From Naegleria gruberi (taxonomy: Eukaryota), in assembly GCA_000004985.1 (NCBI GenBank), contig GG739436.1: a DNA stretch of 1,374 nt; one strand, written 5' to 3'. Under the pieces are notes generated by a model. The model was not told where the DNA came from, made no database searches, and saw only the letters and a program-made list of their open reading frames with translations. Numbering within the stretch: the stretch's first letter is position 1; each line of letters starts with the position of its first letter. Positions 1 to 1,374 of this stretch are shown here, in pieces. Made by a program: the position numbers and the translations under genes.

Positions 1-265
1 TGGTGATATTTTTTTGTTGGATTTGTACACCTTAATACCAACCGACAATATATAGAACAGTACTCATAAGCTCAGAGCAAGTCATGTCTCGTCGTCCTTA
101 ATAATTCGAACTAGTTGGTGTCTATTATGGAAATCTTGCTCCCTACTCAAGTTGTGCATGCATGATAATGCTAATTGGAAAATAATGTTTAGTATGATAA
201 TTAAAAATATTGTATTATCTTACGTTTGTTCTAAATGATTAATACTAATAATAATATAATTAGTA
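1..265 (-). other. AT-rich 3'-flanking region of the minus-strand gene (putative 3' UTR / transcript end region); no convincing ORF
   Basis: The region is far more AT-rich than the coding region. The only ATG-initiated frames are 5 and 12 codons long. It contains TATATA (49-54), TATATT immediately after the stop, and A/T runs. These are consistent with yeast-type efficiency and positioning elements, but they are not specific in sequence this AT-rich. Confidence 0.35.
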
Positions 266-269
266 TTAA
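239..269. repeat. Perfect 11-bp AT-rich inverted repeat (ttaatactaat / attagtattaa) with a 9-nt spacer, overlapping the stop codon of the minus-strand gene; possible weak hairpin in the 3' end of the transcript
   Basis: Positions 239-249 are ttaatactaat and positions 259-269 are its exact reverse complement attagtattaa. The spacer 250-258 is aataatata. Only one G:C pair is present in the stem, so predicted stability is low. Confidence 0.5.
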
Positions 270-1369
270 GGATCTCCACTACAAACTGCACATCCTGTGA
301 AAATATGTTGTCCTTTCAATCCTTTTGGAATACCCCATTCCCACATGTAGCCATCACCAGACACTAGTTCTTGATCTCCTGAAAAGATGGACATTAGCAA
401 AAATTGTGTTTCATAATCAACATTATGATTCTTTTCATCCTTTTCCTTTTCTTCGTCCTCTTCTTCCTCTTCTTCATCACCATAAATATCAATATCAGAG
501 TTGAAATCTTCCTTTCCGAACACCATTTGTGTTCTATATCGAGGGTTAAATTCATCATTGTGGAACAAGAGTTTAGCAGCATGGCAGTAGGAAGAACCCT
601 CACCATTTCTTCTTTCCAATCCACCCATTTCCTTAATTTGCTTTGCAGTAACATAAATAACAGGTTGTGGTTTCGAACTGTTTGGATTACAATAATTGCC
701 ACATCCTGAAGCTTCTTCTGGACAAAAGAAATAGAGCATTCCACCTTCCTGAGGAACAATTGAATTGGTTCTATCATAATAGGCCAAATGTTGTAGATTG
801 ATCTGAGCTCCAAACATGAATTTCTCCTCAATCTTTGGCCATTTCATTCCCTTTGGTAAATCAGGAGATCCACCAACTTTGGATTCACCAATGGCAATCA
901 AATCATCTGCATTCTGAACAGAGAAACCTTGTTTTTGATCTTCAAATGCATTTCCCCAATAAATTTGCTCAGGCTCCTCAATGTCACTAGAAGAATTAAT
1001 TTCCGCCTCACTCCTATTAGAAATAGAATATTTGAATTGAGGAAACAACTTGCTACAATACTGCTTTGTCAAGGATTCGACAAAGTAATAAATCAACAAA
1101 CCTGATGACTCCTGTTCATTCTCTTGGTCTATTCCTTTCCAATGCGAAACTTCTTTCTTTGGTTTACCAATACACGAATACTTTCCTCTGGCAATCTTGT
1201 TAATGAAGAACTCCCTCCAAAATTCATTTTCCCTTTCAACTGTAACCAAACTTGTTGGAGGAATTGGTGAGAAGCCTAATCTTGACTCTACTATTTCCTT
1301 CCACTGCAATTCTTGGTCGATTACTTGATTGAATTCTTTGCAAATTCTTCTCATCTTGATGGTTGGCAA
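266..1369 (-). CDS. DUF1963/YwqG-like domain protein with an N-terminal extension of unknown function and an internal poly-acidic insert; probably 5'-partial
   Basis: I checked the reverse-complement translation codon by codon and found an uninterrupted 367-codon frame. It ends at TAA (266-268 on the minus strand), with a second in-frame TAA two codons later and then a TAG. The first codon in the window (1367-1369) is TTG and the preceding in-frame triplet (1370-1372) is TGG (Trp), so the frame runs off the window edge. The first in-frame ATG is at 1352-1354 (the M of ...IKMRR...) with A at -3. Motifs I recall as the DUF1963/YwqG signature are GG-x-P-x-LP-x4-WP (aa 166-178, nt ~836-874), AQINL (aa 188-192) and GGMLYFF (aa 209-215), plus a C-terminal GDGYMWEWGI (aa 338-347). 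Coding periodicity and codon bias are strong throughout. Confidence 0.7.
   Translation of the reverse strand: MPTIKMRRICKEFNQVIDQELQWKEIVESRLGFSPIPPTSLVTVERENEFWREFFINKIARGKYSCIGKPKKEVSHWKGIDQENEQESSGLLIYYFVESLTKQYCSKLFPQFKYSISNRSEAEINSSSDIEEPEQIYWGNAFEDQKQGFSVQNADDLIAIGESKVGGSPDLPKGMKWPKIEEKFMFGAQINLQHLAYYDRTNSIVPQEGGMLYFFCPEEASGCGNYCNPNSSKPQPVIYVTAKQIKEMGGLERRNGEGSSYCHAAKLLFHNDEFNPRYRTQMVFGKEDFNSDIDIYGDEEEEEEDEEKEKDEKNHNVDYETQFLLMSIFSGDQELVSGDGYMWEWGIPKGLKGQHIFTGCAVCSGDP
431..481. repeat. Polypyrimidine (plus strand) / polypurine TTC-GAA-type trinucleotide tract, including a perfect 9-bp tandem duplication (cctcttctt x2, 457-474); encodes the acidic insert GDEEEEEEDEEKEKDEK
   Basis: Plus-strand positions 431-481 contain only 4 purines in 51 nt. 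Positions 456-475 are 20 consecutive pyrimidines. The 9-mer cctcttctt occurs twice back to back at 457-465 and 466-474, and on the coding strand this reads gaagaagag gaagaagag (EEEEEE). Confidence 0.85.
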
Positions 1370-1374
1370 CCATC

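Noticed and set aside
100-135. tRNA-like fragments: ttcgaa (T-loop-like) and agttggt (D-loop-like)
   Set aside because: I could not build a cloverleaf around them on either strand. There is no paired acceptor or T-stem of 5 bp flanking TTCGAA and no complementary D-stem flanking AGTTGGT. I judge this a chance resemblance.
155-164. GCATGCATG palindrome (resembles a plant RY/CATGCA seed element and contains an SphI site)
   Set aside because: It is a short palindrome in a 3'-flanking region. Codon usage does not specifically suggest a plant, and nothing else supports a regulatory role. It is likely chance.
84-165. Tiny ATG-initiated frames on the plus strand (5 codons at 84-101; 12 codons at 127-165)
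   Set aside because: They are too short and have no coding periodicity or codon bias. They sit in AT-rich sequence flanking the gene.
239-269. Interpretation of the inverted repeat as a rho-independent terminator
   Set aside because: The stem is nearly all A:T. In the minus-strand transcript it is followed by UCAUUUAGAACAAACG rather than a U-tract, so it does not fit the intrinsic-terminator pattern.
404-709. 101-aa plus-strand ORF with an extremely hydrophobic F/L-rich sequence (FILFLFFVLFFLFF)
   Set aside because: It is the antisense reading of the same GAA/TTC trinucleotide tract (TTC = Phe, CTT = Leu). It is an artefact of the low-complexity repeat, not a membrane protein gene.
394-831. 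145-aa minus-strand ORF with a K/R-rich run (KKRKKRTKKRKRMKR)
   Set aside because: It lies entirely inside the 367-aa gene in a different frame. The basic run is the GAA/GAG acidic tract read one base out of frame (AAG AAG AGG = K K R). I treat it as a shadow ORF with no independent support.

Overview
The window holds one long intronless ORF on the minus strand (266..1369, TAA stop at 266-268) and an AT-rich, apparently non-coding stretch (1..265) that lies 3' of that gene. The ORF is still open at the right-hand window edge, so its 5' end is probably outside the window.

The encoded protein is about 367 aa. By motif recognition from memory, not a search, it resembles a DUF1963/YwqG-family domain: ...SKVGGSPDLPKGMKWP...FGAQINLQHL...EGGMLYFF..., with a C-terminal GDGYMWEWGI. 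It carries an N-terminal extension of about 150 residues with no motif I recognise. Inside the domain core there is an acidic low-complexity insert (GDEEEEEEDEEKEKDEKNHN), encoded by a 50-nt polypyrimidine TTC-type tract that includes a perfect 9-bp tandem duplication.

Three things look eukaryote-like, and more specifically like budding yeast, rather than typically bacterial: the codon usage, the absence of a Shine-Dalgarno sequence ahead of the internal ATG, and an A at -3 of that ATG. The family resemblance is to a mostly bacterial uncharacterised domain, and that mismatch is the most interesting point here.

I see no RNA genes, mobile elements or CRISPR. The other ORFs on the six-frame track are frame-shifted or antisense shadows of the GAA/TTC tract.
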